From the human T2T-CHM13v2.0 reference genome, Homo sapiens, in assembly GCF_009914755.1 (NCBI RefSeq), contig NC_060928.1: a stretch of DNA of 64,000 bases; one strand, given 5' to 3'. The notes under the pieces were generated by a model that ran no database searches, was not told the DNA's origin, and saw nothing but the letters and a program-made list of their open reading frames with translations. The stretch's first letter is position 1. Each line of letters begins with the position of its first letter. The position numbers were made by a program, and so were the translations under genes. Shown piece by piece: positions 12,961 to 27,930 of this stretch.

Positions 12961-15925
12961 TGCATTAGTCCATTCTTGCACTGCTATAAGGAAATACATA
13001 AGACTGGGTGATTTATCAAGAAAAGAGGTTTAATTGGCTAATTGTTCCACAGGCTGTACAGGAAGCCTGGCTGGGGAGGCCTCAGGAAACTTTCAGAATG
13101 CAGAAGGTGAAGGGAAAGAAGGCACATCTTACATGACTGGAGCAGGAGGAAGAGAGAAAATGGGGAGGTACTACCCATTTATAAGCAAGCAGATTTCATG
13201 AGAACTCACTCACTATCAGGGGAACAGCAAGGAGAAAATTCACCCCCATGATACAATCACCTCCCACCAGGGCTCTCCTCCAACACTGGTGATTACCATT
13301 CGACATTAGATTTGGGCAGGGACACAAATCCAAAGTGTGTCACTCCACCCTCGGCCCTTCCCAAATCTCATATCCTCACACTGGAAAATACAATCGTCCC
13401 TCCTCAACAGTCCCCCAAGTCTTAACTCATTTCAGCATTAACTCAAAAGTCCACAGTCCAAAGTCTCATCTGAGACAAGACAAGACCCTTCTGCCTATGA
13501 CCCTGTGAAATAAAAAACAAGTTAGTTACTTCCAAGATACAATGAAGGTATAGAATTGGGTAAATACTCCCTTTCCAAAAGGGAGACATTGATCAAAAGA
13601 CAGGGTCTACAGGCCGCGGGGCATGTCCAAAACCCAGAAGGGCAGTCATTAAACCTTAGGGGCCCAAAATAATCTCCTTTGACTCCATGTCTCACATCTA
13701 GGCAACACTGATGCAAGGGGTGGGCTCCCACAGCCTTGGGCAGCTCTGCCTCTGTTGCTCTGCAGGGTACATTCCCTGCAGCTGCTTTCACAGTCTGGCA
13801 TTGAGTGCCTGAGGCTTTTCCAGGCACATAGTGCAAGCTGTTGGTGGACCTACAATTCTTTGGTCCGGAGGATGGTAGCTCCCTTCTCACAGCCCCACTA
13901 GGCAGTGTCCAGTGTGGATTCTGTGTGGGGGCTCCAACCCTACATTTCCTCTTTGCACTGCCCTAGCAGAGGTTCTCCATGAGGGCTGCGCCCCTGCAGC
14001 AGGCTTCTGTGTGGACATCCAGGCATTTCCATATATCCTCTGAAATCCAGGCAGAAGCTCCCAGGCCTCAACTCTTGCCCTCTGTGCACCCACAGGCTTA
14101 ATACCATGTGGAAGCTGCCAAGATTTATGGGTTCCACCCTCTGGAGCAGTTGACTGCGATGTTATCTGGGGCCCTTTTAGCCACAGCTGGAGCTGAAGCA
14201 GCTGGGACCAGGGAGCAATGTCCTGAGGTTGTACAGGGCAGTGGGGCCCTGGGCCTGCCCCCACAAAATCATTCTTCCCTCCTATGTCTCCAGGCCTGTG
14301 ATGGTAGGGGCTGTGGTGAACATCACCAAAATGCCTTTGAGGCATCTTTATTGTCTTGGGCATTCAGCTCCTCTTTACTTATGCAAATTTCTGCAGCCAG
14401 CTTCAATTTCTCCCTAGAAAATGGGTTTTTCTTTTCTATCACATGGTCAGGCTGTAAACTTTCCAAACTATTATGCTCTACTTCCCTTCTAAATATAAGT
14501 TCCAGTTTCAGACCATCTCTTTGCAAACACATATGAACTTACACTGTTAAAAGCAGCCAGGCTACATCTTGAGTGCTTTCTTGCTTGGAAAGTTTCCTGC
14601 CAAATACCCTAAATCATTTCTCTCAGGTTCAAAGTTCCACAGATCCTTAGAGCAGGGGCACAAAGCTGCCAGTCTCTTTCTACAACATGGCAAGAGTGAC
14701 CTTTACACTAGTTCCCAGTAAGCTCCTCTTCTCCATCTGAGGCCTCCTCAGCCTAGACTTCACTATCCGTATCACTATGAGCATTTTGGTCACAACCATT
14801 CAACAAGTCTCTTGGAAGTTCCAAACTTTCCTTCATCTTCCTGTCTTCTTCTGGGTTCTCCAAACTGTTCCAACCTCTGCCCATTATGCAGTTCCAAAGT
14901 CACTTCCACATTTTCAGGTATCTTTATACCAATGCCCATTCACTGGTACAAATTTTCTATATCAGTCCATTCTCACACTCCTATAAAGAAACATCTGAGA
15001 CTGGGTAATTTATAAAGAAAAAAAGGTTTAGTTGGCTCATAGTTCTGCAGTCTGTGGGAGAGAGAGTTTCTGGGGTGCCAGATGAGTTGGTCTCCCCCGT
15101 GTGAAACACCCATGGGAAGCCATGGGCGGCCTCTGAGGAGAAAAGTCTCCTTATTGCCTTTATATGTTTATGCCCCGAGAGCATAACAGCTCAGCGGCAT
15201 TCCACAGGTTGCCCAGGGAGATAACACTCCCTTGAAGCAGTGGAGTATAATCAAACATCTTGGCTCCTCCTGAAACCCACTCCTACCCATTTCAGTCCCA
15301 ATAAGTTAAAGATCTTAAGTAGTTTAGACACACACCTTTGCTCAAGGAAATTCACAGAAACCGCCACTGCTATACTTCTTATTGAATGACTCACGAGTTC
15401 TCCCTCATGAGCCTTTTCCTCATCCCTTCCTACCCCTCCCATATGCCCTAAGAACAAAGAGCTTGTAAACCAATAAATTAGGTGGAGCCGAAGAGCTCTG
15501 GGCCATGAGCAAGGCTCTAACGCTCTGGTCCCCTGGACCCACCTTTTAAACGCTTATTCTGTCTCTTTGTAACTCCTTTGTCTCCGCTGGACTCGGGGTA
15601 CCTGCCAGGTGGTGTGGGGCTGGTTTCCCCAACACAGGCTATACAGGAAGCATGGCTTGGGAAGCCTCAGGAAATGTTCAATCATGGTGGAAGATGAAGG
15701 GGAAGCAGGAATGTCTTACATGGCCAGAGCAGGAGGAAGAGAGAGAATGGGGAGGTGCTACACACTTTAAACCACCAGATCTCATGAGAACTCACTATCA
15801 CGAGAAGGGCAAGGGGGAAATTTGCACCCATGATCCACTCACCTTCAACCAGGCCCCCTCCTCCAACACTGGAGATTACAATTCCACATGAGATTTGGGC
15901 GGGGACACAGATCCAAACCAGATTA
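12961..15925 (-). mobile_element. Complete MSTA-type MaLR provirus (LTR 12961-13342, internal 13343-14957, LTR 14958-15925 interrupted by a nested LTR)
   Basis: Two similar LTRs (t[g/a][c/t]at[t/c]agtccattct...gatttgggc[a/g]gggacaca..tccaaa); MST-int-like internal sequence; perfect 5-bp TSD AGTTC at 12956-12960 and 15926-15930. Confidence 0.92.
15053..15634 (+). mobile_element. ERVK solo LTR (LTR14B-like, HERV-K14/HML-1) nested in the MSTA LTR
   Basis: TG...CA termini (tgtgggag...ccccaaca), 582 bp, AATAAA at 15472-15477; flanked by cagtc/caggc (TSD with 1 mismatch); MSTA LTR resumes after it. Confidence 0.8.
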
Positions 15926-16485
15926 AGTTCTAATTATAAAATGCATTTATGTAAAAGTAAAACACTCTTATTTGCTTCTATAGAGAGTCACCACTAATCT
16001 ACGAGCCATTACCTTCCTTTTAATATTCTGTAATGCAAGGTCCACCAATAATTATACCTTTCTGGCTAAATAATTTTTTAAACACAATATTTAAATAAGA
16101 AGATATGACAACCAAGGAAAAAAGATATTTTTAAAAAACCATATATTATTTACAATTTGCATTAGTTTATGCTCCTGTCATAATTTATGAGAATGCAGAG
16201 AATTAGAACACAGAACTAGAGGTATATTGAGAAACAATTTTAGGATGTTTCAGAACTCGAACGAATTCCCATTTTAGAACTCAGACATTTTATATATCAT
16301 ATATAATATATAAGCTCCAACTCTGGTTGGGGGGAAAAGGGCAATTTCTATTGTCAAAAGATTTACTTTCATTAAGCAAAAACAAGCTTTCCCATTACAG
16401 GAATCAAAGTTGTAAGCCAAGTTTCAAAGTGCTGTAGGCAACTTCACATGAGAATATTCCCAAGTAGAATTTATAATTTACATAC

Positions 16486-16553
16486 CTGTACAGATGAATA
16501 TTTGGAAAAACTTTCCATTTGATACCGCCTAAAATCTTCATTTAGTCTTCGAT
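16486..16553 (-). CDS. SCLT1: SCLT1 coding exon 2 (68 nt; ..N-RRLNEDFRRYQMESFSKYSSVQ)
   Basis: Minus strand acceptor ...cccgcttgtttcag|AT and donor CAG|gtatgt; phase matches exon 1 (34 nt); translation matches the recalled SCLT1 N-terminus. Confidence 0.96.
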
Positions 16554-16890
16554 CTGAAACAAGCGGGAAAACAGATTTCAGTTCATTGAGTAATGGTCAA
16601 TTCTTTAAAACTAGAAATACAGTAATTATTTGATGTATCCCATGCAAAACGGCTAGTCTTCACTGCTTCTCAAAATAAGATGAATCATCAGTTTCAATAC
16701 ACCATTTTAAAACTTGAAAATAGGCCCTTTTATATATCTAAGCCAACTAATTACTGCCAAAGTGAAAAAAATAACATCTGCAAAGAACTACCATTTCTGA
16801 TTTCATAAACATGAAATCTCAGTCTCTGCTGGCTTGCTCTTCGGGTTAATGAAAGTAAAATATATTCTCCACATCTTATTACTACTACTA

Positions 16891-18689
<1,799 letters not shown>

Positions 18690-18690
<1 letters not shown>

Positions 18691-20220
18691 CTGGAAAAAA
18701 CTTTAAAATTCATATGAAACCAAAAAAGAGACTGAATAGCCAAAGCAATCCTAAGCAAAAAGAACACACCTGGAGGCATCATGTTTCCTAACTTAGAACT
18801 ACACTACAGGGCCACAGTAACCAAAACAGCATGGTACTGGTGCAAAAAACAGACACATAGGCCAATGGAACATAATAGTGAACCCAGAATTAAGGCCACA
18901 TACCTACAACTATCTGATCTTCAACAAACCTGACAAAAACAAGCAATGAGGAAAGAATTCCCTACTTTAAATGGTGCTCGGATAACCGGCAAGCCATATG
19001 AAAAAAGACTGAAACTGGACTCCTTGCTTACACAATATATAAATAATAACTCAAGACGAATTAAAGACTTAAATGTAAAACCCCAAACTATAAAAACCCC
19101 GGAAGACAACCTAAGCAACACCATCTGGACACAGGAGTAGGCAAAGGTTTCATGACAAAAATGCCAAAAGCAATTGCAACAAAAGCAAAAATTACAAATG
19201 GAAACTAATTAAAATAAGGAGCTTTGGCACAGCAAAGGAAACTATCCACAGAGTGAACAGACATGCTGCAAAGTGGGAGAAAATTTCTGCAAACTGTGTA
19301 TCTGACAAAGGTCTAATAGTCAGCATCTATAAGGAACTTGAACAAATTTACAAGAAAAAAATCCCATTAAAAAGTGGGCAAAGCTCATGAACAGACACCT
19401 TTTAAAAGAAGACATATATGCGGTCAGCAAGCATACAAAAAAAAGCTCAACATCACTGATCATTAGAGAAATGTAAATCAAAACCACAGTGAGATACTAC
19501 CTCACACCAGTTAGAATGGCTATTATTAAAAAGTCAAAAAATAACAGATGCTGGTGAAGTTGTGGAGAAAAAGGAACATTTATACATTTTGGTGGGAATG
19601 TAAATTAGTTCAACCATTGTGGAAGACAGTGTGGCGATTCCTCAAACACCTAAAGACAGAAATACCATTCGACCCTTTAATCCCATTACTGAGTATACAC
19701 CCAAAGGAATATAAATCATTCTACCACAAAGACACATGAGCATGTATGTCCATTGCAACACTATCCACAAGAGTAAAGACATGAAATCAACCTTAATGCC
19801 TATCAATGGTGGTCTGGCTAAAGAAAATGTGGTACATGTATACCATGGAATACTATGCAGCCATAAAGAAGAACGAGATCATCTCCTTTGCAGGAACATG
19901 GATGGAGCTGGAGACCATTATCCTTAGCAAACTAATGCAGGAACAGAAAACCAAGTACGGCATGTTCTCAATTATAAGTGGGAGGTAAATGATGAGAACA
20001 CATGGAGGGGACCAACACACACGGTGGCCTATTGGAGGGTGAAGGGTGGGAGGAGGGAGAGGATCAGGACAAGCAACTAATGGGTATTAGGCTTAATACC
20101 TGGGTGACAAAATAATCTGCACAACAAATGCCCATGACACAAGTTTACCTATATAACAAACCTGCACATGTACCCCTGAACTTAAAAGATAAATTTTAAA
20201 AAAAGAAAAACTTAAAACAA
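18690..20220 (+). mobile_element. L1PA (older, ~L1PA13-16-like) 3' fragment
   Basis: ORF2 C-terminal fragments ([15 protein letters not shown]); 3'UTR ...ggcttaatacctgggtgac...gtacccctgaacttaaaa and A tail. Confidence 0.88.
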
Positions 20221-20624
20221 AAAATTAATCACAATACAAACCTCTTTTTTTTTCCCTGACAGAGTTTTCAATTAAGAAAAAAACTAGATCTGTGTCCTCA
20301 GTAATTAAAATAGGATAAGAAGTAAATTATGTATTAATAATGAGGGAAACACTTTCAATCTTCATAGATTGACTATAATCTGGAGAAAATTTTACTGTAA
20401 CTTAAATGTTATTATTTCCTTCATTCTACAAGTACTTATCTGGCTTGTTTAATTTGCGTTTCCTGGATACCTGAAGATGCTGGTGTATGTATGTATATAT
20501 ATATATATACACACACACATTCATTGTTAGTTTCAATTTACTAATATTTTATTTTGGATTTTAGTTCCAACATGCATAAGTGAAACAGGTTTACAGTTTT
20601 CCTTTCTTGCAAGTATGCTTTTTG

Positions 20625-20710
20625 TGTAGCAGTTAAGAAAAGAGACACTGAAACTAGACTGCCTGGGTTCAAATCCCAGCTCAGTCACTTACTAGCTCTG
20701 TTAACCTTGA
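20625..20710 (+). mobile_element. MIR fragment
   Basis: agactgcctgggttcaaatcccagctcagtcacttactagctctgttaaccttg. Confidence 0.75.
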
Positions 20711-21669
20711 CTTTGTGAAGGCACTTATCCAGAGGGTTCAGCTATCTATAGGTACTAAACAGCATTTGGTATGAGAACTGTAAAGGCAAACCAACCAATC
20801 ATGGCATGAGGTGTTACTGGGCATCAGCTATAGAAAAGCAGGGGTATAATCATATTAAGATTACTGACAAGCGCAGAAGGACTAATGGGCAATGGTTACA
20901 GCCTGTAAAAGACACCAGTAAAAACAAACTGGGAAGCAGTCAAGGTGGTAAAGAAAATGAAGGGCTCAAAGGATGAGGAGGTCAAAGAACAGTTATAGTA
21001 GGAGTAAGATACTTGAGTTTAAGACATCAAAAAGTAGGGCAACTTGAATAGGACTTCTGCTTATACTCAAGAAGAAATAACATGGACCACTTTTCTGCCT
21101 GACACACACGAAAAAGCAAGCAAAAAAATCATCAATACCTTATAGTACACTAGACATCAGACAATGATAATCAGAGACAAGAAACAAATGAGGTAAGCCC
21201 TATGATTGCCCCACCTTAATGACTTAAGAGACTTTCCAGGGCCATGACATGGGGGGAGGAAATGCAAGTGGAGACCACTGGACTCTTATTAAGAGGTGGA
21301 GCTGAGAAGTAGTGGAGATTAAGTGAACTAGAATTGGCAGGACAAAGGATAGAAGACTGCACAGAGAAAGAACCCTAGGGAATGTGAGACCTGCAGAGGT
21401 TCTTCTCGAGTACAATACAGAGTACTGAATAGCTCTTTATTTATTAAAGAAATTAAGTTTGTATTTTAAAACCTTTCCACAAAGAAAACTTCAGGTCCAG
21501 TTGGCTTCACTGGTGAATTCTATCAAATATTCAAGGAAGAAATAATATCATTTTATACATACTCTTACAGAAAGTTGAAGAGTACAAAATATTTTCCAAG
21601 TAATTCTATGAGGCTGGCATTACCTGATACTAAAACCAGACAAAAATATTGGGAAGGAAAAAAAAAAAG

Positions 21670-21971
21670 GCACTTTAAGAGGCTGAGGTGGGAGGATTGC
21701 CTAAAGCCAGGAGTTCAAGACCAGCCTGGGTGACAAAGGGAGACCCGGCTTCTACAAAAAATAAAAAATAAAAATATTAGCCAGGTGCAGTGGCACATGC
21801 CTGTAGTCCTAGCTACTCAAGAGGGTGAGGCAGGTGGAGGGCTTCAGCCTAGGAGTTCAAGGTTGTAGTGAGCTACTAGTGTACCATTAACTCCAGCCTG
21901 GGTGACAGTGAGACCCTTGCGCAAGTTAAAAAAAAAAAAAAAAAAGGAAGAAAAAAAAAGAAAAGCAAAAA
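21670..21971 (+). mobile_element. Alu (AluJ-type), slightly 5' truncated
   Basis: gcactttaagaggctgaggtgggaggattgc...ccagcctgggtgacagtgagaccc plus A tail. Confidence 0.88.
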
Positions 21972-21980
21972 ACCTTCATA

Positions 21981-22284
<304 letters not shown>

Positions 22285-22864
22285 CTAAAATTTTAAACAA
22301 ACATTTATAAAATAAAATTCAACAATATAGAAAAAGGATTATACATCATGAGCAAGTGGAATTTATCCCAGAAAGGCAAGGTGGTTTTAACATTTGAAAT
22401 TAATCAATGTAATTTACTCTATTAACAAACAAAAAATGAAAAAATATCTTTTAATCTCAATGGATGCAGAACAGCATTTTTAAAAATCCAGCATCCATTT
22501 TGATAAAAACTCTCAGCAAATTAAGAATAGAAAGGAACATTCTCCACATAAGAACGTCTATGAAAAACCTACAACTAGTATCATACCTAATTCTGAAAGA
22601 CAAATGCCTTCCCCATAAGATCAGGAACAGGATATGGATGTGTATTCCCACCACTTCTGTTCAATACTGTACCAGAGATTCTAGCCACTGCAATAAGGTG
22701 AGAAAAAGAAATGAAAGGCATCCAAATTGAAAAGAAATAAAACTTTTTATTTTCAGATTACAAGATTATCTACATAAAACTACTGACAGACTCTACAAAA
22801 CTACTAGAGCTAATGAATGAGTTTGGCAAGGCTGCAGAGCAGAATATTAAAGAACGTTATTTCT

Positions 22865-24188
22865 CACCACACATCTACAGCCATCTGATCTTTGACAAAC
22901 CTGACACAAACAAGCAATGGGGAAAAGATTCCCTATTTAATAAATGGTGCTGGGAAAACTGGCTAGCCATATGCAGAAAACTGAAACTGGACCCTTTCCT
23001 TACACCTCATACAAAAATCAACTCAAGATGGATTAAACACTTAAATGTAAGACCTAAAACTATAAAAACCCTAGAAGAAAACCTAGGCAATACCACTCAG
23101 GACACAGGCATGGGCAAAGACTTAATGTCTAAAACACCAAAAGCAATGGCAAAAAAAGCCAAAACTGACAAATAGGGTCTAATTAAACTGAAGAGCTTCT
23201 ACACAGCAAAAGAAACCATCATCAGAATGAACAGACAACCTACAGAATGGAAGAAAATTTTTGCAATTTATCCATCTGACAAAGGTCAGATCCTACCCAC
23301 AATCTACAAAGAACTTAAGCAAATTTACAAGAGAAAAGCAAACGATCCCATCAAAAAGTGGGCAAAGGATATAAACAAACACTTCTCAAAAGAATATATT
23401 TATGCAGCCAACAAACACATGAAAAAATGCTCATCATCACTGGTTATTAGAGAAATGCAAATCAAAACCACAATGAGATACCATCTCACACCAGTTAGAA
23501 TGGCAATCATCAAAAAGTCAGGAAACAACAGATGCTGGAGAGGATGTGGAGAAATAGGAATGCTTTTGCTTTTACACCGTTGGTGGGAGTGTAAATTAGT
23601 TCAACCATTGTGGAAGACAGTGTGGCGATTCCTCAAGGATCTAGAACCAGAAATACCATTTGACCCAGCAATCCCATTACTGGGTATATACCCAAATAAT
23701 CAGAAATCATTCTACCATAAAGACACATGCACATGTATGTTTAATGCGGCACTATTCACAACAGCAAAGACTTGGAACAAACCCAAATGTCCATCAATGA
23801 TAGACTGGATAAAGGAAATGTGGCACATATACACCATGGACTATTATGCAGCCATAGAAAAATATAAGTTCATGTCCTTTGCTGGGACATGGATGAAGCT
23901 GGAAACCATCATTCTCAGCAAACTATCACAAGAACAGAACACCAAACACCGCATATTCTCACTCATAAGTGGGAGCTGAACAAGGAGAACACGTGGACAC
24001 AGGGAGGGGAACACCACACACCGGGGCCTGTTGGGGAGGGGGGACTAAGGGAGGGATAGCATTAGGAGAAATACCTAATGCAGGTGACGGGTTGATGGGT
24101 GCAGCAAACCACCATGGCATGAGTATACCTATGTAACAAAACTGCACGTTCTGCACATGTACCCCAGAACTTAAAGTATAATAATAAA
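22865..24188 (+). mobile_element. 5'-truncated L1PA (~L1PA6-8-like) inserted into the older L1
   Basis: Open 250-aa ORF2 C-terminus (23227-23979); L1PA 3'UTR; TSD aaagaa(c/at)gttatttct at 22849-22864 and 24189-24205. Confidence 0.9.
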
Positions 24189-25090
24189 AAAGAAATGTTA
24201 TTTCTACATACTAGCAACGAAAAATCAGAAACTGAAAGTAAAAGAATAATACCATTTACAGTAGTATCAAAAATTTCAATACATAGGCATAAATCTAACA
24301 AAAGATGTGCAAAACCTAAATATTAAAAACTACAAAGTATAGCTGAGAAAATTTAAAAAGATACATCAATGATGTACAGAAGAACCAATTTTATTTTAAA
24401 ACTTACTATAAAGCTGCAATAATTAAGACAGTGGGGTACTGGTGTCCAGACAGACAAATAAATCAGTGGAAAAGAATAGAGTTCATTAATAGATCCATAC
24501 ATATATAAACAACTGCAAAGGAGCAAAGGTAATTCAATGGAGAAAGGGTAGTTTTTCCATTTGGGCATCCAATGCAAGAAAGTGGCCTGGATCCTTACCT
24601 CATCCCTTGTATAAAATTTAACTGTATGAACCATAGATCTAAATGTAAAACCTAAAACTATAAAACTCCTAGAAGAAAATATAGAAGAAATCTTTGCAGC
24701 CTTGGGTTAGGCAATGATTTCTTTTATGACACCAAAAACACAATTCATAAAAGAACAAATTGATGAATTAAATTTCATCAAAATTAAAAATGTTTGGCTC
24801 CAACACTATTAAGAGAATGAAAAGAAAAAATAAGTCCATCACCACTCTGCCAGTGAGTCTCACACCCCACTAATGAATGAATTCTTAGTTCCTTAGATTG
24901 ATAATACAAGTACCTCTTTGAACAGGTTCCTAAAAACTAACTGATCTTTCCCAGACAAAGGTGGAAGAACGGTGCACAGCAAATATGCTACAAGCTTACT
25001 CTACTAGTAGCCTGGTTGAGTGTGGAGCTGCCTGTCGTTATGATATGTAAAGCTGAAATAGTAATTATCAGAGGAAATGTCATGTGGGGA

Positions 25091-25157
25091 CATGAGAGTT
25101 GAGAAGTACCAAACATGAGTTGAGAAGTACCAAAACATGAGTTGAGAAGTACCAAAA
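25091..25157. repeat. Short minisatellite, 3 x ~22 bp (catgagttgagaagtaccaaaa)
   Basis: Three near-identical units at 25091, 25114 and 25136. Confidence 0.92.
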
Positions 25158-25799
25158 CAAATGGTCTTGACCTGGGCTCCCAAATCCAAACGGAACAAAG
25201 AGACAATCAAGATCAACAGAAATCAGTGTAGAAAAAGTCAGAGGCAGGTGGAAAGAAGGCAAGTGATCTATCTTTATCTGGGCTGGTATTTAGGTGGGTC
25301 ACTTAATGGAATAACCCACCACCTTCAAATGGCATGCAAAATCCGGTTAAAGAAAAAAGGAGAGCGACACAGACACTCAACTCTCATTCTTATCTCTTCA
25401 TGCAAACGCTACCATTCTATGCTCCGATTTCCTGAATAAAATCAGTTATTTTAAGCCTTTGAACCATTCCTTCTTCTGCTCCTTCTGCTTGAGATTTCCT
25501 TCTTGCACTCCACTTGTCTTCCATGGAACTATTAAATACCACTCATTTTTAAAAAAATGTTACTATGCTTCAGTTGTCTTATTTGTTTTCCCCTGGTATT
25601 TGGATCTCAGTTTTATCTAAGAATTCTGGCTGGATCATTCTTATAAAATTAATAGTTTCTGACCACCTCAAGTACTATCCTGACTCTAGCCAAACTCCTC
25701 ATCAACCAATTCCTGTCCCACACTACTCTTACGGTGGCCAGTTAGCTGTTCTTATGGGGTGGGGATATTCCCACTGCAAACCTAAGAAATAATGCTAAT

Positions 25800-26910
25800 G
25801 TTATTGTGTCATTATAGTGTCATTAATTATTTTAGATAACATATACCATGCACTTAATATGTGCCAGACACTATGCTCAATGCTTTTTCATCATCTCATT
25901 TAAGTCTCACAACTTCAAGAGGATTCTTGTGTTCTTATACTCATTATATAAATGAGAAAACTGAGGTGCAGAAAAGCTAGGAAACTTGCTCGAGGTCACA
26001 GACCTGGAAAGAGGTAGGCTGTGAGCCCAGACAGACTAAATCCAGAGGCTGACTGAGTTCTTAACCACTGGTCTATAATGCTACCAAAACGGAACTTACT
26101 ACCTTTTTCCTAACTTCCCCGTTGCTCAAGCAAAAACTAAGTTGCTCTCTACCTCTTTCTCTCAAATCCCCTGATCTCCAGTCTCCCTGTGCCCAACTTA
26201 GTTTACTTCTTACCTGAATGATGACAGTAGACAACTAACTGCACTCTGCTATAATGCATATTCCCCGTAAAAATCAGACCGGGCCTTCTAAACTACAATT
26301 TGATCATGCCACTCTCAACTGAATTCCTATAACCCATGCAATGGTCCATACTCCTTAGCACAGAGAAGACAGGGCCCTTCACCATCCAGCCCCTTTCTAC
26401 GCCTTCAACTGCACTTGCCATTTCCCTATATAAATATTCCAATTCAATTTACATCAATATTACACTCAAACCAGCCGTATTGCAAGTCTTTAACAAAGCA
26501 TATTCCTAATCCCCTCAGTGTCACAAATATTGTTCTATTTGGGATGCCTAGAGTTTTTCATATAGTAAATTCATATTTGTACTGCACGTTTCAGCCCAAT
26601 AGCACCTTCCTTGAACATATTTTAATAATAATCGTGTAATAGTTAATATTTGTTTAACACAATGTATCAGATACTATTCTAAATCCTTTACATATTTTAA
26701 TATTCATTTAATCTTTCCAACAACCCTATGAGACTGTGGCAAAACAGCCAGCAGTTGCTGTCACTTCAATATATTTTGGAATACATTTCCCTCCCCAAAT
26801 TAAATTCTTGGAGGTAAAAACTGTCCTGTTTATCTTTGCAGCAGCTGTTCTTCCATAGTGTCTGGTACATAATAGAAACAGGAGTTCAATAAACATCTTT
26901 TTAATAAATG
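25800..26910. mobile_element. Cluster of MIR and L2 remnants
   Basis: MIR core aatgagaaaactgaggtgcag (~25950); L2-like aatttgatcatgccactctc and ttccatagtgtctggtacataatag...tcaataaac. Confidence 0.65.
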
Positions 26911-27239
26911 GCCAGAGAGCTGTGCCCCTAGATTTTAAATGCACACTTGGAAACTCCTGCTGGCCATTAGCCTTCTAATCTTCAGAGCACGAGAGGAGCA
27001 TAACAAACATGTTTAGCGTCTAGTAGAATTCTGTGTAAGCTACAAGTACTACCACACGGTTCTGCTTAAATATACACACATCCTCACGTATAACATCAAG
27101 GTTTTTTTTTTCCTGCAACTAACTTCTTTAACTCTTTACCAATTTAAATGTACCCAACCAGCATTCAAAAAAGATTTGTCGGTCAACGACGACGATATTA
27201 AACATTGTATATGAAGTCTCAAAAAAACATGGAGCTTAC

Positions 27240-27273
27240 TTTGCTCTCTCAGAAAGTCGATTTCTGCAGCCAT
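27240..27273 (-). CDS. SCLT1: SCLT1 coding part of exon 1 (MAAEIDFLREQ-N); sodium channel and clathrin linker 1, centriolar distal-appendage protein
   Basis: ATG GCT GCA GAA ATC GAC TTT CTG AGA GAG CAA A|gtaagc on minus strand; Kozak gaaATGG; joins exon 2 in frame. Confidence 0.96.
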
Positions 27274-27329
27274 TTCGATACAATTTTAGTTTAGAGCTTT
27301 CACCACCTTTACCTTCCTCTGAAAGACAG

Positions 27330-27930
27330 AGAGCTTGCTGTGCGGGAAAACAAAACTAAGCCAACGCTCGGTTGGTTGTCAAGCGCTCCAGCGGTGCAAT
27401 CTGCATCCTACTCACGCGGCATCTACAGCCCCGCCACGCTTCTTTCCCCCGCGCCCCAGACGAGTCCCTGGCCCTGGTGAGAGACTGAAGATTGCTGGGG
27501 ACTCCACGTTCAACCGAATCCCACGCTGGTGGGAAGAGGACGCGGTCGATACAGGCGTCCCGCGGGTCACTCTGGGTCTCGTCGGGCCACCTAGGAGAGT
27601 GCCGCGGGAGCTTGACGGCAGCCTGAGAGCGGCGTTCTACGCGGAGCGGCGGGGGTTGGAGAGGACAACGCCAAGACGGCTGGGAAGCCCCAGGCCAGCA
27701 GCGGAAGTCCACTCGGCCCGCCCTGCGACTTTGAAACCGGTGCCCCGGACCACTCCTTGGAGACGGTGGCGCCTCTTGCGTCATCACGCGGGCGTTGGAG
27801 CTTACGCCATCGCGCGTCCTAGAGTCCTAGCACGCTATTGGCTGGCTGTCAAGCAATGGGAGGAGTCGTGAGAACCTGGATGACAGCGGGCTGAGCCACC
27901 GGCTTGGCGCGGCGGCCAAACTGGTGGGAC
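27330..27930. promoter_or_regulatory. CpG-island bidirectional promoter for SCLT1 (-) and C4orf33 (+)
   Basis: Only strongly GC/CpG-rich stretch in the window; CRE/ATF-like TTGCGTCA 27776-27783, YY1-like CGCCAT 27805-27810, inverted CCAAT (ATTGG) 27837-27841; outward-facing splice donors on both sides. Confidence 0.88.

Noticed and set aside
13522-14536. Several 120-160 aa ORFs
   Set aside because: Fragments of the decayed MaLR internal region in different frames
25091-25157. CRISPR-like array
   Set aside because: Units are directly adjacent with no spacers; mammalian DNA; no cas genes
27826-27858. RFX X-box in the shared promoter (cctagcacg; gctgtcaagcaat)
   Set aside because: Only partial matches, too degenerate to call by eye
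27335-27871. 178-aa (+) and 143-aa (-) ORFs over the CpG island
   Set aside because: Arg/Pro/Gly-rich, expected from stop-codon scarcity in GC-rich DNA; no recognisable domain. Only the short uORF at the end of the minus ORF is kept as a finding
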